Positions 12,734 to 28,208 of a stretch of 64,000 nucleotides of DNA are shown here, one piece after another; the first letter of the stretch is position 1, and the number at the start of each line of letters is the position of its first letter. The stretch comes from Octopus vulgaris. Its lineage: Eukaryota. Made by a program: the position numbers and the translations under genes. The stretch spans positions 94,550,001 to 94,614,000 of the forward strand of contig OX597818.1 of NCBI GenBank assembly GCA_951406725.2, given 5' to 3'. Below the pieces are notes generated by a model. That model was not told the DNA's origin, ran no database searches, and saw nothing but the letters and a program-made list of their open reading frames with translations.

Positions 12734-13050
12734 TATGTACATGCGTAGTTATATATGCATATATTTGTGCATATATGTGTATATATGTATATATATATTT
12801 CAGTTTTTCGACCTTCCACCTATTAAATCTACTTTTTCTCACTTTTTCTCTCATCCTATTTTTGGCTTGTTATGCCATGTGGGCAGAGCCTGTAGATTGA
12901 GCTAAGGTGTTAAAAAATACTGTGTGGCATGTTTTCATCTCATGAAACTAATAGTAGCACATAAAAACATATTGTATGACTGTTAATAAGATAAGCAAAA
13001 AGTACTTGGTTCAGTGAGAGTTAAATATCATTTAACAAATACAAGATTTC

Positions 13051-13229
13051 TACATGAGCTACTTCAAGTTTCATGCTTGGATAGGAGCTTATATAGTGTA
13101 TTGTGCACTATCCAGTTTTTTATTAGAGTTTGAATATTGTTGGGTCCTGTACAATACCCTATACAAATCTGTCTGAATATTGCCCTATCTGAGCATGAAA
13201 CTTGAAGCGGTTCTCATATAACTCGTGTG
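13051..13229. mobile_element. Fold-back / MITE-like palindromic element
   Basis: Outer arms cttcaagtttcatgcttggatagg (13062-85) and cctatctgagcatgaaacttgaag (13184-13207). Inner arms tatagtgtattgtgca (13092-107) and tgtacaataccctata (13148-63). Confidence 0.6.
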
Positions 13230-13297
13230 TGTGTGTGTATGGCATGAAACTCTCAGACCTTGAGTCACTCTGTTACATCTACTAAACATTAATAAAA

Positions 13298-13331
<34 letters not shown>

Positions 13332-15229
13332 TGTCTGTGCATTTACAATGTATACTACATGTATATGTGTTCACTCTCTCCCTAATTCTCTTTCTCTCTC
13401 ACACTATACACACACATACACACACACACAAATAATATAGACACATGAATGTGTGTGTGTGTACATACCTACATACATACATGCTTGTATATTTGTATTT
13501 TATTACTTGCATATCATTCATTCATTCATTCATGAGTGCTTTAGAAAAATTATATTAAGTCCCAAAGCCTGATTTCAATTTGTTCATCGCTATCCTTGTA
13601 TGGAATTTAAATAAAACACAGGAATGATGATGATGACAATAGTAATAATTATGATGATAATAATAATAATGAAGATAATCAAAATATGTATAATAATGAT
13701 AAAAATGATATGATATCTCAGCCTTTTAACAGCAAGTTTCGTATTATTTTATTTTATTTGTTTTTCTTTTTAAATTTTATTTGAAATGGTTTTTTTTCAA
13801 CTGCATCAAATATATTTTTATTTATTTTGAAAATGTTTTTGTTGTTATTTTGATTTAGTTAATGAGAATCTTTCAATGTGATCTCCCTCTTTCTTCCTTA
13901 TCTGTTCTTTGTGTAGCTTTACTGCTGACTGCAGTCAAGGTTATATGATACATATACATCCATACACTCACTCACATGCACACATACATTTTGTATTTGT
14001 GTGTGTTTGTATGTGTGTATGTGCATGTGTGTGTATATATGTGTGTATATATATGTGTTTATATATATGTATATATATGTGTGTGTGTATATATAGATAG
14101 ATAGACTGATAGATATGTATGTAGGTTGGTAGGTATTTACTCATGTATTGAATTGAAACCTATTTTAATAGATTCTAGCCATTTTCTTTCAATCCTACCC
14201 ATTTACTTACCCACCTTCCCAAATGCCAACCCACCCAACCAACCACTAACCTACCTACCTTTCCTTTGCTATTCTTGGTTGTAGCAGCTTCTTAATAATA
14301 TAACATTGACATAATGGCATAGAGTAACAGTGAAACATCACTGACATTCTCCTCCTTCTCCTCGTCTTGTCCTCATTATGGCAGCAGGAATTACAACAGC
14401 ACCAACATAGTGTTTATTTTCAACCAATTCCCCTGTCCTATTTACATACTAATTCACTATTGATCATCAACTTTCTCTCTGCCTCTCCTTCTCTCTGCCT
14501 CTCCTTCTCTCTGTCTCTCTTTCTTTCTCTCTTAAACATCTGAAAGCTTCTCATTTTTGAGTTGTGTTTTAGTAATTCATAATTTTTCATGTTCTCTTAT
14601 TCTCTCTCTCTATTTCTCTCTGCACCTTTTCTCTCTCCTCCCCTCTCTTTCTCTCCGCCATGCAATATTTTTGAACCGAGATAGTTGTAGTTATCACTTC
14701 CATCAGAGCACCAAAGCTAATTATTTACTAATCTATTATATTTAGGTATATATACACATATACTTATGCACACAGTCACATACGCATTTGCATATATACA
14801 CTCATGCATCCATAAATCTGTTGATACACACACTAGAGGAAGGGAGAGTTACTCAAACATATATGAATTAACAGATGATATCGAAACACCCCAACACACA
14901 TGCACATACACAGTTTTACATGTCACCGATCATTCCATGCCAGTTACATCAGATTTTCATTCGATCCTCAACATTTCAATGAAATGAAATTATTTTGTTT
15001 TCTGTACCTTACCTAATGTTGATGTTGGGTCTGTAGTAACTATGTCTTGCTGCAATGTTATCACTATATTATCATATGAATTACCTATTGTTGTTCCCAT
15101 TATTGTAGCAGCAATAGCACAGCTGTTACAGTAGCATTATTAGTTACATAAATAGTAATAGTAGTATTTGTATTAATTGTAACAACATCAGGAAGTGCAA
15201 TAGTAGTATCACATCCACATCATGTATAA

Positions 15230-15308
15230 TAATAGTAGGATTAGTAGTAGTAGCAGTAGCAGCAGCAGCAGCAATAGTAGTAGTATTAGTAGTAGTATTA
15301 GTAGTATT
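15230..15308. repeat. (TAG)/(CAG) trinucleotide microsatellite
   Basis: Direct inspection. Confidence 0.85.
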
Positions 15309-16620
15309 GGTGATCTCTATAATAGTTTTAATGTCAATTGTTAGAGTTTATCAGGTGTGCTTGCTTTAGATTTCAGTGCAGCTTTAATTCTTTACAGCAA
15401 ATTTTCTTTCTCTAATGTGGTTTGCTGTAGGGTGCAACATAAAATTTTCAATTCATGAAGGTTTATAAATCAATGGCCTAAAGTTGTAAGATGATTTATT
15501 GTAGGTAACAACTCCAGTCACCAATACTCTATAGTCACTGTCTCACATACATACATGTGTAAAAAGAAAAACAGATTGCATTGTTGCTTATCCATATATG
15601 TACATATTGAATGTCTATAGTTGCTACTGCAGTATTCTCAGGTCTTCTGTCCATATCTTTTTTCTTGCTGTCATATGCCTACCCCTTGCCTTAGATTCTA
15701 TGTTAATTCTTCAGTCCCTCTTTTCCAAACGTGTTCCCATAGTAGCAATTTGTCTACATGTTATCCCAAACCTGTTACAAACCAAAGTAACTATGAACCA
15801 TTCTAAACCTATCCTATCATTGTGATACTGCAATATATTAAAGAGTTGAAATCCGTTATGGAAACTGTGCTGAGGGTCAGATAAAAAATTAGCAAAGTTT
15901 GTTGATTGTCAAGTAAATTAAATATTTCCAGAAACAGTCAAGATTTAGAGTGCAGTCACTCTATATCTTCAGTTACTGTTTTGTTTTCTTATTAGAAACA
16001 TTACTTCTAAGAAAGGTTGCATGTTTGGATTTGCTAATTCACTACCAGATCTTTCCTGAACTGCAGATAGTTCTTGCACAAATTCATTTTTCATGCCAGA
16101 ATATAAAGACAACTGAAAGGTGTCAACTGTCCCTATTTATCATCTTCATTCTATGAAACATCATTAAAGCAGGCAATAAATGTATTTCTAGATAAGCTGT
16201 GTCTGTCACCAATTGGTTTTTTTTCTCAGAAAAAGACTTTTCAAATAAGAGGTGTCTTATTTAACAATTTTCAGTTAATGTAACACCATTAATCAGAACA
16301 GTACCCATTATTTCTCTGCTGGTTTGTCAGTTATTTTCTTCCCCCAATGTCCTGCTATTCTTGGTAAGATAAATGGAGGTAAATCTAGAATTATCTTGCT
16401 TTGAGACACTCAAATACATATAGTGTGATTTGAATTCTTGGACCTAGTGCTAGCAGTCTGATACTAAATCATTCTAACCCATATTTTTATTTCTATCAAG
16501 TGTTCTCATTGCCAAAATGTTTCTTAAATATTTATATTGTGAGAAATGACAAGTTCGAAACTGTTGGAGATGGCTTGCAATGGTGGTCACGTTGAACACT
16601 AATATATTGTGCTGTTAGGA

Positions 16621-16840
16621 AGGCGGTGAGCTGGAAGAATTGTTAGCACGCTGGGCGAAGTGCTTACCAGTATTTCGTCTGTCTTTATGTTTTGAGTTCA
16701 AATTTCGCCAATGTTGACTTTTCCTTTCATCCTTTTGGGGTCGATAAATTAAGTGCCAGTTGCATACTGGTGTCGATCTAATCGACGGGCACCCTCCCAC
16801 AAAATTTCGGGTCTTGTGCCTAGAGCAGAAATAAATATAT
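16621..16840 (+). mobile_element. SINE family A (~220 bp, ggcggtgagctggcagaa...gagttcaaatt...ctttcatcctttcggggtcgataaat...)
   Basis: At least 7 dispersed copies in this window; B-box-like GAGTTCAAAT. Confidence 0.85.
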
Positions 16841-19800
16841 TGTGTTGTTGGGGCAAATTTTGCTTTTGTGCAGTATATATTGAGCAAGTTGACCTGGTAT
16901 CTATCTGTAAGCTGGTAAAACCGTCATCAAATGTAAAGCATTCTGCTTCAGTTGTTGATACCTCTCCTATGGCTGTTACAACTGTTGCTACTGTCTCCTA
17001 TAGAACTTCCAGTATGTCATATAGATGGTGCTTTTTTTTTTAATTTTTCATCATGCCAGATAGATGAGGGATAAACCTCTTTGTTGATATGTCTCCAGTA
17101 TATTAGGAATAAAATTCCCCAATAAATCTGGTAGGTGTTTTAGAGAACAAGATTTATGAAATAAAATAAAGGCCCTACCAAGTGACACTGTGGAATGTTT
17201 AATACTTTAGGCTCACTGGACAATATATTCAGCAGTTTTGAATTCATGCCACATATGTTGGTTATCTAATAATTTCTGTTGTTCTTCTTTTGCCTTTGCA
17301 TGGCCCCAAACCATCTTCATGTATTGTTTGAAGGATAGGTCTTCGTACAATATGGGTTTTCATACAGGGCCAAAGTATATCCATAGTTTAAATTGAAAAC
17401 ATTATTATAAACCAACAAAACAGTTATCAGTTTTGCACTGTTTCAGATTCCTTCAGCACTCTGACATCTACTTCCAGCCATTGATAATCAAGTATCATGT
17501 CACATACTTGTAGTGTAACAGTGACTGAATATGAACCTTTGAACTTTCTTGTTTTTTATTTTTTATCCTGAAGCCAACTCCGATCCTGAAGATATAATTG
17601 AATATGTTCTAGTTATAACTATGCTGCCTTGTTTACATTATGAAAAACTTTGTATTCAGACTTAGTATATATGTTTACACTGTTTAGTTTCTTTTTTTTA
17701 AGATGGCAGTGTCACTTGACAGAATTTTAGTTGGTAGTTTGACAACATATCAACTTCCCATATCATTTCTTCTCTCCACAGTGGTCATTGTATCTCTCAT
17801 TTACACATAGTATATCTGAGATTACATTCTCCAATGTAATCTTCCTTTTTTTTTTATAGATGGTAGGATATGATTTGAGAAAGCTTTGGCTTCTATTTTT
17901 AGAAGGTTAAGTGATATAGCTCTCTTGTTAAGGTGAATACAATTAAAATAAGAAATCAAAGCAGTTCTTTTCTTGGTGACAATAACAAGGACGCATCATT
18001 TGAATTTGAAAAGAAGTATTAATATTTTGTTGCATTATAGATCTCTTTTTGATAAAGGAAGCTTTAAATAAACCTATTTTATATCTGTATTATATAGATG
18101 TGAACAGTGCTATTCACATCTATATAATTTAGTGATAGTAAGTGGGATGGTGGGGTGATTTACTAAGTATTATTTTAGAAATACAATAAATAGATGTTGA
18201 CTGTTAAATAGGTTGATGAGTAATCAATAGGAAGGCATCAAATAGCACTGATGCAGCTGACATGATAAAGTACATAGGATTGAAGAAGCTATTGGAGGCT
18301 GTAGTGGTTCATGGGGTGTGATAGGTAAGTTGTGATATCTAGACAAGAGCTGTGTATACAGTCAGCTGATTCAGAGAATATTTCTATGGCTGGTTTGATT
18401 TGTGCAGCAGAAATGTATTGAAAAACTGTAGGATAGTGACTTAAACAATCTATTGGTTGGCTAACATGAGAATTGGACTTATGTGTTTTGTGTGTTGCGT
18501 GCGTGGTGAAAGCTATTGGGTTAATATATGCAGGAGAGATAACTGTTTGTGTGGTCAGATGATGAGAATAGATGGCGGTAATAATGGTGGTGATGTTGGT
18601 TGTGGTGGAGGTGGCAATAGAGATAGTTTACTGCGTGAAACATAGCACTAGTTGCCAGGAATAAAGTAGTTGGATCATATCTGTTAAAACGTTAAGCCTC
18701 ATCATTGAAATGATGAATGATAGAAATGAATTGAGAGATGATAGCTTGCAGTCCATGTCAGTTTGTGCTGTGATGGACAACAACAAACAGATATGAAATC
18801 AATGGTAATGATAATGTTGGTGGTTGTGATGCTGCTAACCTAATACTTTGAGTCATTAAAATTATATTTACAGGATAAACTGGCTCTTGTTTGCTAGTGT
18901 GGTTTCCAACCTATTGTTTTCCGACTTTCTAATTGATAAATCTCTCAATTAGTCACAGAAGTCCATAAATCCTGTCATTACTTCCAGATTCTACATTATT
19001 AAGATCAATCTGAGATAAATTTTCTTCCATGCCAATCTATATTGACAATCCATCACAGGTAACTTTCTCAAAAATCTGTGAACTTCAAGGTAGAATTTAG
19101 TGCCCTGGCTATTGATTGTGAAATAATTGCAGTTCTTTTGCTCCCACAACCTGTTATCAAGTAGTGAAATAAATATCAATTTGGTCTTTTATTTCTCTTC
19201 TATATTGTAAGTTTATTATAGGGTAGACATAAATTTTTAGACATCACAGTATGCGTAAACTAATTAGAAATAATTGGATACATTGGATAGTTGTTAACAG
19301 CTGTCATATATAGTTTTATAGCAGATAGAAAAAGAGGGGTCACCTGAACTATAGTTTTAATTATGATTATGTTCTCATCAGCAATTACTTACCCTACTCT
19401 TAGTATCTTAACTGACTCCTGTGAAAATGTATTTAAAAAAGACAAAAAAAATCTTTGCTGTTATGTAATTTGTTTAAAGTAAGTTAAGAGTAGGGTAAGT
19501 CATTGCTTTCATTTGAAAGTATAGTCCAGTCAATCCCCCATTCACTTTGAAATTATATAACAGCCTCTTTGGACTGACACAATAAGTAAAGTATTTTCAT
19601 TAGATTACATTTGCATTGATGGCTAAAATCCATGAATTTACTTCATAGTTAGGTTGAGTATGGAAAACAAACTTGCTGTCATGCCAGTATCATCTATATC
19701 TACAGCCTTACCTTAAATTTTGATGTTTGGAACACTATGCCTTCTTCATATTCTACTTAGCAGCTTACACAAGTATTGAGAAGTGAAGATGTTCAGGTTC

Positions 19801-22800
19801 CAGAAATTTTATGATAAATTTGATAATCTTCTGTATCACTTTATATAAAGGAGTTACTTTTCTCTTATATCAACCCTAATGCTGGAGACCAAAGAAATTC
19901 CAGCTATAACCTAACCACCTTTTATTTTTACATAGTATGTTTTGTATTGTAACAGCCAATGTCCTTTTTTTTTAAGATGGTAGGGTGTAATTTGAGGGGA
20001 ATTTTTGCTATTTTTAATAAGTCAAGTGATCACTTAGATCACAGCATTAGCTGATTCTATTTATTTGACATTCCTTCAAAGCAACAGTTCCTAGATTTCA
20101 GTAATCTCAGGGATGTTTAACCTCATGGAGAGGATGGTAAAGGATCAGGATAATTGGCAGCTTGCACTTCTGGAAAAAACTTACCCAACTGTGCAAGCAT
20201 ACGAGCCGGACATTAAAAATGGTGGAAGATGTCATTCTATCAGAAATTAAATGACAAATTAAATAATCTTCTATATGGCTTTATACAAAAGAGACTGAAA
20301 AGCATAATATATGTTCAGTCAACATCTGCTTTCTTTTTCACTTCTTTGACCCATCTCATCACTCTCTGTTACTCACCTTCTCTCCAATCACTGTCTCTTC
20401 TTTGCTGTACCATGTTGCACATATAACTAAGAAAGGCATTGCACCTATTAGACCCTCTCATCTTCACCACCCTCCCCCTTATTTATTTTATCATGCTACC
20501 TGTGCATGATACAATTGAAGATTGCAACAGATTTGTTTGTACCTGATACATTCTATTGTCACCCTCACTGTTCTATACTTCCAGTCATCAGTTCTCCCTT
20601 GTTCCTATCATAATACTGTTGTTCATTCACCCATCTTGTTTCTTCTATCATCATTCTCTCTGCTCCTCACCTAAGTCACATTGCCTTGTGTGAATGAACA
20701 TATTAGTGAAAACTCTTTAGTTTTATGAGGTACAAAGCATCCTAACTTGTGACGGTGCCATGATAAAATACTATCAATACAATCTAAAATGTGATTGGCA
20801 AACAAGGAGACAATGTGGAGAGGTTCTCATGTCTCTGCCAATATATTATCAAGTTGAGGATCTGACAACTTCTCTTGTGCTTATGCTGCAATGGAATGCA
20901 GCCAATACTATCTGTAAAGTGGTTGGTAATAGGGTGGCACCAATTCATAGAAACAAAGCTTAAAGCAAAATGTATGACTGAGATGCAGTCCTCCAGCCTG
21001 TCTAGAAAGGTAGTAACTTCAAATAAAAACTGATTGAGGCTGTGACAACCCATCCAAACCATTTCAGCATGAAAAGTGCATGTAAAATGATGGTGACACA
21101 TATGTAATAACCTTCTAGACTCCATTGAAAATGCATAAGTATTGATTTTTCTTTTTTTTATTTTGTAGAATGAGTCACATTTGTTTGTATTGATATATTA
21201 GCTTAATTAAATACACAGTAACACTTGATTTTATATATTGTCTTTCATAATATTCAGGAATCAGAATCCTACTTTATTGAATCCCTATTTGTAATATGAA
21301 TTTGCCCTTGTTATTGGTTCCATCTATCTTAATGCAGCTTCATCTTAATGATACATTAATATTTTGCTATTCCTTGTAGTGATGGTGGTTGCTTTAATAC
21401 AAACTTTCAATAGTTTCCACAGAAATGTATTGATGATCTGGAATATTTCATCCCCTTCTGTTTTACTTAGGCATATTGAGATCTATGATATATATGTAAA
21501 TGAATGGGATGCATGTCTGTTGCTGGAACTCACCATTTCAAATTTATCAATGATCAAAATTGTGATATATTGGTGTTCACATATTTCCAAGGAAACATGA
21601 TTGAGGTAAAATGCTGTCAATTGGGAATCTAAAGACTTGCAGGATACTTGCGCATTCTCTATGGCACTTGTTCTTGTCAGATTTTTAGTACAGTTTAATT
21701 TGTTTGAGACTTTACTCTAAGTAGCTTCAAACTAATGGCATTGTCTTCTATATTGTTTGTTACTACTTGAAACATGTTGCCTAGTTTAGCACTATCACTT
21801 GGCTTATGTGTACCTTTGGTGGAATCCAGTGTGTTGCAAGTATTTGGGCCTGATCTCCTATTTGGGGATAACTTCTTACCACCAGTGTAAGAGACCCTGA
21901 GAAAGCTTATGGGCACTTGCCATTCCTTCTTAAACTAACATTAAAAAGATGATATATCATGTCATCATGATATTATGGAGAAAAATAAATGTTAGCTGAG
22001 ATGTAACAATTTACTAAATAGGTTATTTCTTGTATGCTTTCTTTAGCTATTTTGTAAAGCTTTTTTATTGGTTCCTCATCAAGATGAATTCTTCAGGAGA
22101 GAGTGATTTTAAGGTTTTCCCTATTGATCCATGTATCTTCCTTAGGTGCTCATTGTTTATGGACAATTTCTTTCCATGTCAGCATTTTGTTTTTAGCTAG
22201 ATTTTTAGTATCAATATTGGTAATCTAATGAGAATTTTACCATTGTTAGTCAATATGAAATATTGAAATTTAGTGGCTGGAAAATAAGCACTACTGAGTA
22301 GGAATTTCTATAGAGCTGCATCTTTGATAGAAAGTATTCGGGAAGTATGTAGTTTGTACAGTATTTAAGAACAGATTGAATCATTGATGTGTCACAGGAA
22401 GATAAAGTGCTTATACCTAGTTGGAGGATAGCTTCTGTATAGTTGATATATTTTGGGGTGTATTTAGACTATTTAGTAAATTGTTACATCTCGACTAATA
22501 TTTATTTAAGTTTCCGACTTTGCTATACTGAAGTGATTTTTTTCTTCTTTATCCTTGAAAGAGAAACTCAGCCTTTATAGCATGCTAACTATATAAAAAA
22601 AAATGAGGAGGGCACTGTAAATAGTTAGACATTGTTACATTTATTGTTTGAATGTGAAATTTAATGACTTTCACCTTGTTGTTTATTTTTGTTTACACAT
22701 GAGATGTAGTTTGTGGTGTGTGTGTGTGTGTGTGCACACACACGTGTGTTTTCATGAGATGTGTAGTCTATGGTTTTTGGTGCTGTTGAAGAAGATTATC

Positions 22801-24218
22801 AGAAGTGATAAGAGCTTCACTGAGAACTTCTGTAAACTTTCATTTTATCGTTGTTGAATAACTTATCTCATTCATCCTTACACTCTGTTGCATGCAGACT
22901 TCAGATGATGGCTTGAAAGTCACCATGCATTATTTCATTACATCTGCACTGAGATAACACTTACACATACATGCATATGCTGCATGCCTTACTCACACTC
23001 CTTACTTGCAGACATCTTATAAACATTTACCTAGCGTACATGCATATGATTTACACACAGCAACACTTTGTAACCATACACTTAGCAAAGGGTTTTGAAT
23101 ATAACTGTGTGTGCATGCATAAATGTATACATGTATGTGTACATAGGTGTGCTTGCATGTACGCATTGAAACAAGTAAGTACATTCAATATAAGAAAACA
23201 TTTTACATTGGTGACAGTTATAAAATGTTAAAATATTAATGGTCTGCATTGTAAAGCACAACAACGTTGTTGTAAGCTTTTAAAATATTTTTGATACTTC
23301 TATAAAATAATTTAAATGTCACCTTTCCCTGTTGCTGTTGCTACTTCTACCACTCATCCATTCAATTGGTACCATATCAAGATGATTATATCTTGCCTGC
23401 TAATATCTCTGCAACAGAAAAACACAGTTCCATCTTTCTAGTTGATGGATTCTTGTTTACTTCTCTGCTGTGTAGTAACCCTCATCTCTCTCTCTCTCTC
23501 TTTCTCTCAACTGTAACTATCTCTCACACAAATTGTATAAAACATGACCTATCTCTTTGTCTTCCATTTTGTATATTACAGAGCATACTTCTCTCTCATT
23601 CTCCTCTTTCTTTCTCTCAATTATTCACTCTCTCTCTGAATATTACAATAATTTCTGATTTCCAAATTATACATTACAAAATTTGCAGCTCTATCTGTCT
23701 CTCCCTCTGTTCTACATTATAATTACTCTGTCCCTCTCACAAACTGTATATCATATTATCTCATCATACATAAATTATACAGTACTTAACCATGGTGCTT
23801 ACTCTCCCTTCTGTTTGAAACTCTGCCCCACACAATCTGCAATCTCTCTGTTTTTCCACCCTCCATCACTGATATTTGTCATAGTTTCCCTATAAAATTT
23901 AATCTTGCCATTGGTAATTGCTTACAAAATCACTAGGATCTCTCCACAATCCTTAGAAGCTATCAAGATTTCCATTAAACATGCTAACCATAGTCTGGAG
24001 AAAATCTTAAGACAAAATCTTAAGATAAAATGCTATGAAATAGTTGATATTGTTTACAATTTGACAAAAGTGATCATAGAAGTCTTGGTTATACTAAGGC
24101 TGATTACATGCATGTGGGATAAAATTGTTAGTCTGATTACTTCCTTCATTTGTTTGAGAATTTAACCAAAAATTACTTTTATAGTCTAGTAAAACATCTT
24201 GATGAATACCTTATGTCC

Positions 24219-24223
<5 letters not shown>

Positions 24224-24266
<43 letters not shown>
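24224..24266. repeat. (TA)n microsatellite
   Basis: Direct inspection. Confidence 0.95.
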
Positions 24267-24269
<3 letters not shown>

Positions 24270-27200
24270 TTTTCTGTTTTTTCTTTTGTTATGCTTGATT
24301 GTCATTTTCTTGGTTAGCAATTGAAATTCGATCATATTATAGTAATAAGCTTGTTATTTTTTGATTTAGTGCAATGTAATAGGTTTGTTGCATAAAGAAC
24401 AATGTGGTGGTGAGGGTAGTTTGTGTGAAGTAGGGTGTGATATCTTAGGTGTGTTTTATTTGGTACAGCACGTTCGCCTATGCATCTTGTCAACCTGCTT
24501 ATATTGTATATGATATAATGAGGACGACATGTATAAGGTGCAGTGTAACTGTGATGACATGTTTGAGGTGCAGTGTGGCTGTGAGGTCATTGTCGTGGAA
24601 GGTGAAATGCGGAACTTTGAGTGTGAAAATAAATAAATGTTGGGTCTCCTCAGACAGTCTGTTCCATTCAGTTTACTTCCAACTTAATACCCTGATGTTT
24701 TGATTTTGATTATTGACAAGATACGAAATATAGACTATATCAATGGTGATCTATTAATTCCACACCAGGGACTTGATTCTATTCCATGAATAGCTAGGCC
24801 CTCTTTTGGAATAATTTCAATAACAGCTACTCTATCTTGTATGGTATTCAATATCAGTCACCCTCCCTCCCACCTCTCTCTTCTGGTTGCCATGGAATGA
24901 ATTAACACTCATTCTGTCTCAGAGAACATTTAGGAATTATGTAACTTTTGTCCTCAGTAATTTTATATATTTTTTTCTTTCTTGAAATGAATTAATTTCA
25001 ACAATCTGATAATGAGTCATTGACATTTAGAATGTTGTAGCAATATTTTGCGAGTAAAATCCTTACTTTGCTCTGGGATTAAGTTTTTTTAGTATATCAT
25101 TTGGTTTTTTTTACTTGTATTTTATTAATTAGGCCTTGTTAATATTGATTCTTCCTAACATCTAAATAACTTCAAATCAGTGAAAGGGATTTTGACTGAT
25201 TCTAAAACTTTTCTATTTTTAACAGTTATCAGTAACATAAAATAAGGTATATAGATTTACTTAGCATAAAACTTTCTGTCTCATTTCATTGTAAACAGTT
25301 GACTTTCTCCTATCTTCCTTTCATCATAAATACAACAGAAAAGTAGGTCTCTTTTCTTCTACTAACAACTAACTATTCAATATCCAAATTTATCAGTTCT
25401 ATGGTATGCTTTCTTTTTACTTACAATACTTGAAAATGTCTGAGGAAACTATTTTGTTTTGTGCAAGGAACACCATGCAGAATATAACACAAGTGCCACT
25501 GTTGTTATGTTGAAATGCTTAACATAATATTTTTCAACCATGTCACCTCTAAGCTCTGTACCTAATGTAATAAGCTATAAAGATAGGTTCGCCTGGTTAC
25601 CAAACTCCGTATATTATAGTGTTGTAATACTGTAAGTATTGTGGTATCCCTTGACACTTAGTATGTCACTATTTATGGTACAATCTTGTTATTTAATTAA
25701 TTTTTTTTTGCCATTAGGAAATACACTATCTTCAATCTTTTTATTTATTCATATACTGTTTCTCCATCTAAGCAGCAGTTTTTTATTCCACTTAGTTCAT
25801 TCTGGGTTTTATTTTTTACTCTTATTCTGAAGTTTTTAAATAAAATCTTTTGTGTCCTATCTACATATCACATGTAGCATACATAGGTTTTAAATGCAGC
25901 ATAAATACCTATACATTTTTATTTTTATAATGAAGCTTGCAGATTTTTATATACATTACATTGTTACCATTAGCTGTAGGCTACCATATTTTCATAATTT
26001 CACCTGTACCATTGAAAAAGATAAGACTGGCTTTTATTTTTCTGTAACTCATAGCTGCCTGAGTTCCTAAACAGTGATAACTCTCAGTGGTCCTGACCAC
26101 CTAACTGTTGATGAGTACTAGCATGGGACTCGGATCCTCATGTAGATGCAAAGAATGCAACAGGAAACTAATTCAGCTTATCCTCTCTTAAAACTCAATA
26201 TGAAGACTGTCTTCAGCAGGCATAACTTTTTTTTATTACATCTACTACCTTCTGAATGCTAAATAAGTATAATCGGTATACCCCTTTCTTTATATATTAA
26301 ATGAAATCATTCTTGTTTGATAAGTAATTGGTAATAATTGTAAAGGTCAGTTATGAGACTGAAGACAAATAGAAGAAAAGAGAGTGTTGCATAAATCAAA
26401 ATGACTAACTGAATTAGGTCATTCTACTTATAAGGAAACATGACCATCATATAGCTATTTGGTAATGAGATTCCATGTCAAGGTCTAAGTATCGCCTAGT
26501 ATTTGTCCTTGTCAGACTCACATTCCTATAGACATCTTGGAATTATTTTAATAAAAAGCTATCTATTGCTCCAAACCTCCTTCTTGTCAGGATTAATAAT
26601 TGAACTAGCAATCAATATATGACAATATAATCTCTAGATTAATACTGTCATTGCTTAAGGTGCAAGATTTATTGATTTCCTACATTGGCAGAATAACAAA
26701 TAGCTGAAGGCATTGACAGATGTATACAGGAGGGATGACTAGACTGATATAGAATTATTAAGTGACTGGATAATACATGGAGAAGGAGGAAGGGCTGTGA
26801 TATCTTCAATAGTAATTAGTAGACTTTTGAAAACTTAAAAAGAAGTAGTTATTGCAAACCTTAGAAAATTGGCTTTTAAAAAAAAGTGGACATTGGGTCA
26901 GGATGCATGGGGATATAAAAAATATTGTTAGTATGGAAAAACAAACATTTGAAACAATAAAGATTGTAATACTAACATTACAGAGAAAGAAAAATCAGAT
27001 ATAGAGTAAGAATTGTCTGTTTAGACAGGTTTGTTGTTTTGAAAAGAACTGTTCTGAAAATCATTGAGTTTGATGATTTAGCAAACCTGCTGCAGGATAC
27101 TGTAGGTGCTTGTCTGTGAACATTAACCACACAGCAGGGGATGAAACTAATTTTACTCCAACACTCTTATAATCTTTGTACCTTTGCTATATTAATTTTA

Positions 27201-27894
27201 CTCCAGCACTCTACAGATCTTTATCACCTTTGTTATCTATGGCAGTGAAAATATTGATAATAACTTCTATTATAAAGGAGAAAAATTAGTTACTTCAAGT
27301 TGTGGGTTTTGCTCCATTTATTCATTTCAGAGTTACCAACTGCTGCATGAAAACATGTTTAGGCAGCAGTAAGTTATCCAGTCTCTAAATTTACAAATAC
27401 CTGTTCAATCTAAATTTCAGAAAACCTAATCAAGTGCTAAAATAAATAAGCCATTTTTAAAAAATTCTATTCAAGGAGGGAGTATGTTATGACAATCATC
27501 AGCTCTCAGGTAGTGTGTGTGTAGTGTATTTATACTACCTACATGGAAAGGATTTTTGAGATCAGTTCAAACAGAAATATTTGCATCCACCAGAAACATT
27601 CTGATAATTTATTCATTCACTTTATTTCTATTTTTCCATGCTCACATGGGTTTGGCAAATGTATTAATGAGACATTGTTTTATAGTTGGATTCCCTATTT
27701 GTTTTTTTAAGTAAGGGGTCTTTATTTCATGTATCTTTGAAGGTGCAAAGCCAATGGATGACTTGTTGATAGGAGAAGTGACTAAGTGCTAATGCTTGTA
27801 GTTATGTTATCCCCAAAATAGGTAAACAAATACACACGCTTGCACCCACACACAAACACACACACTCACATGTATGCACCCCTACACAAACATA

Positions 27895-28208
27895 CACTTC
27901 AGTTTTCATCAACCAAATCTCACAACAAGACTTCAGTCAGCCCAGGACTACAGTAGAAGACACTTGCCCAAGTTGCTTCACAGTGAAATTGAACCTGAAG
28001 CTACATACCTCATATAAGATAATTTGGTACATGTGTACATCTGTGTGTATGCACACACACACATTTGCATATATGCAATTATGTGTGTGTGAATAGGCAT
28101 GGCCTTGTGGTTAAGAAGTTCACTTTGGAACTCCAATTTAGGGTTCCTCCCCTGTATGTAGCACATCTCAGGCTGACCATCGCCTTGTGAATGAATTAGT
28201 AGACACAA
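27895..28208. mobile_element. Two divergently oriented degenerate tRNA-derived (CORE/MIR-like) SINE fragments: 27895-28000 on minus, 28093-28208 on plus
   Basis: ggcatggccttgtggttaagaagtt...ccttgtgaatgaattagtagac on plus; gtagaagacacttgcccaag... is the reverse complement of the same family. Confidence 0.5.

Noticed and set aside
13917-13939. Possible 23-nt microexon containing the palindrome TGACTGCAGTCA
   Set aside because: Weak donor (GTTATA), frame-shifting length and no CaMKII similarity; not supportable without RNA data.
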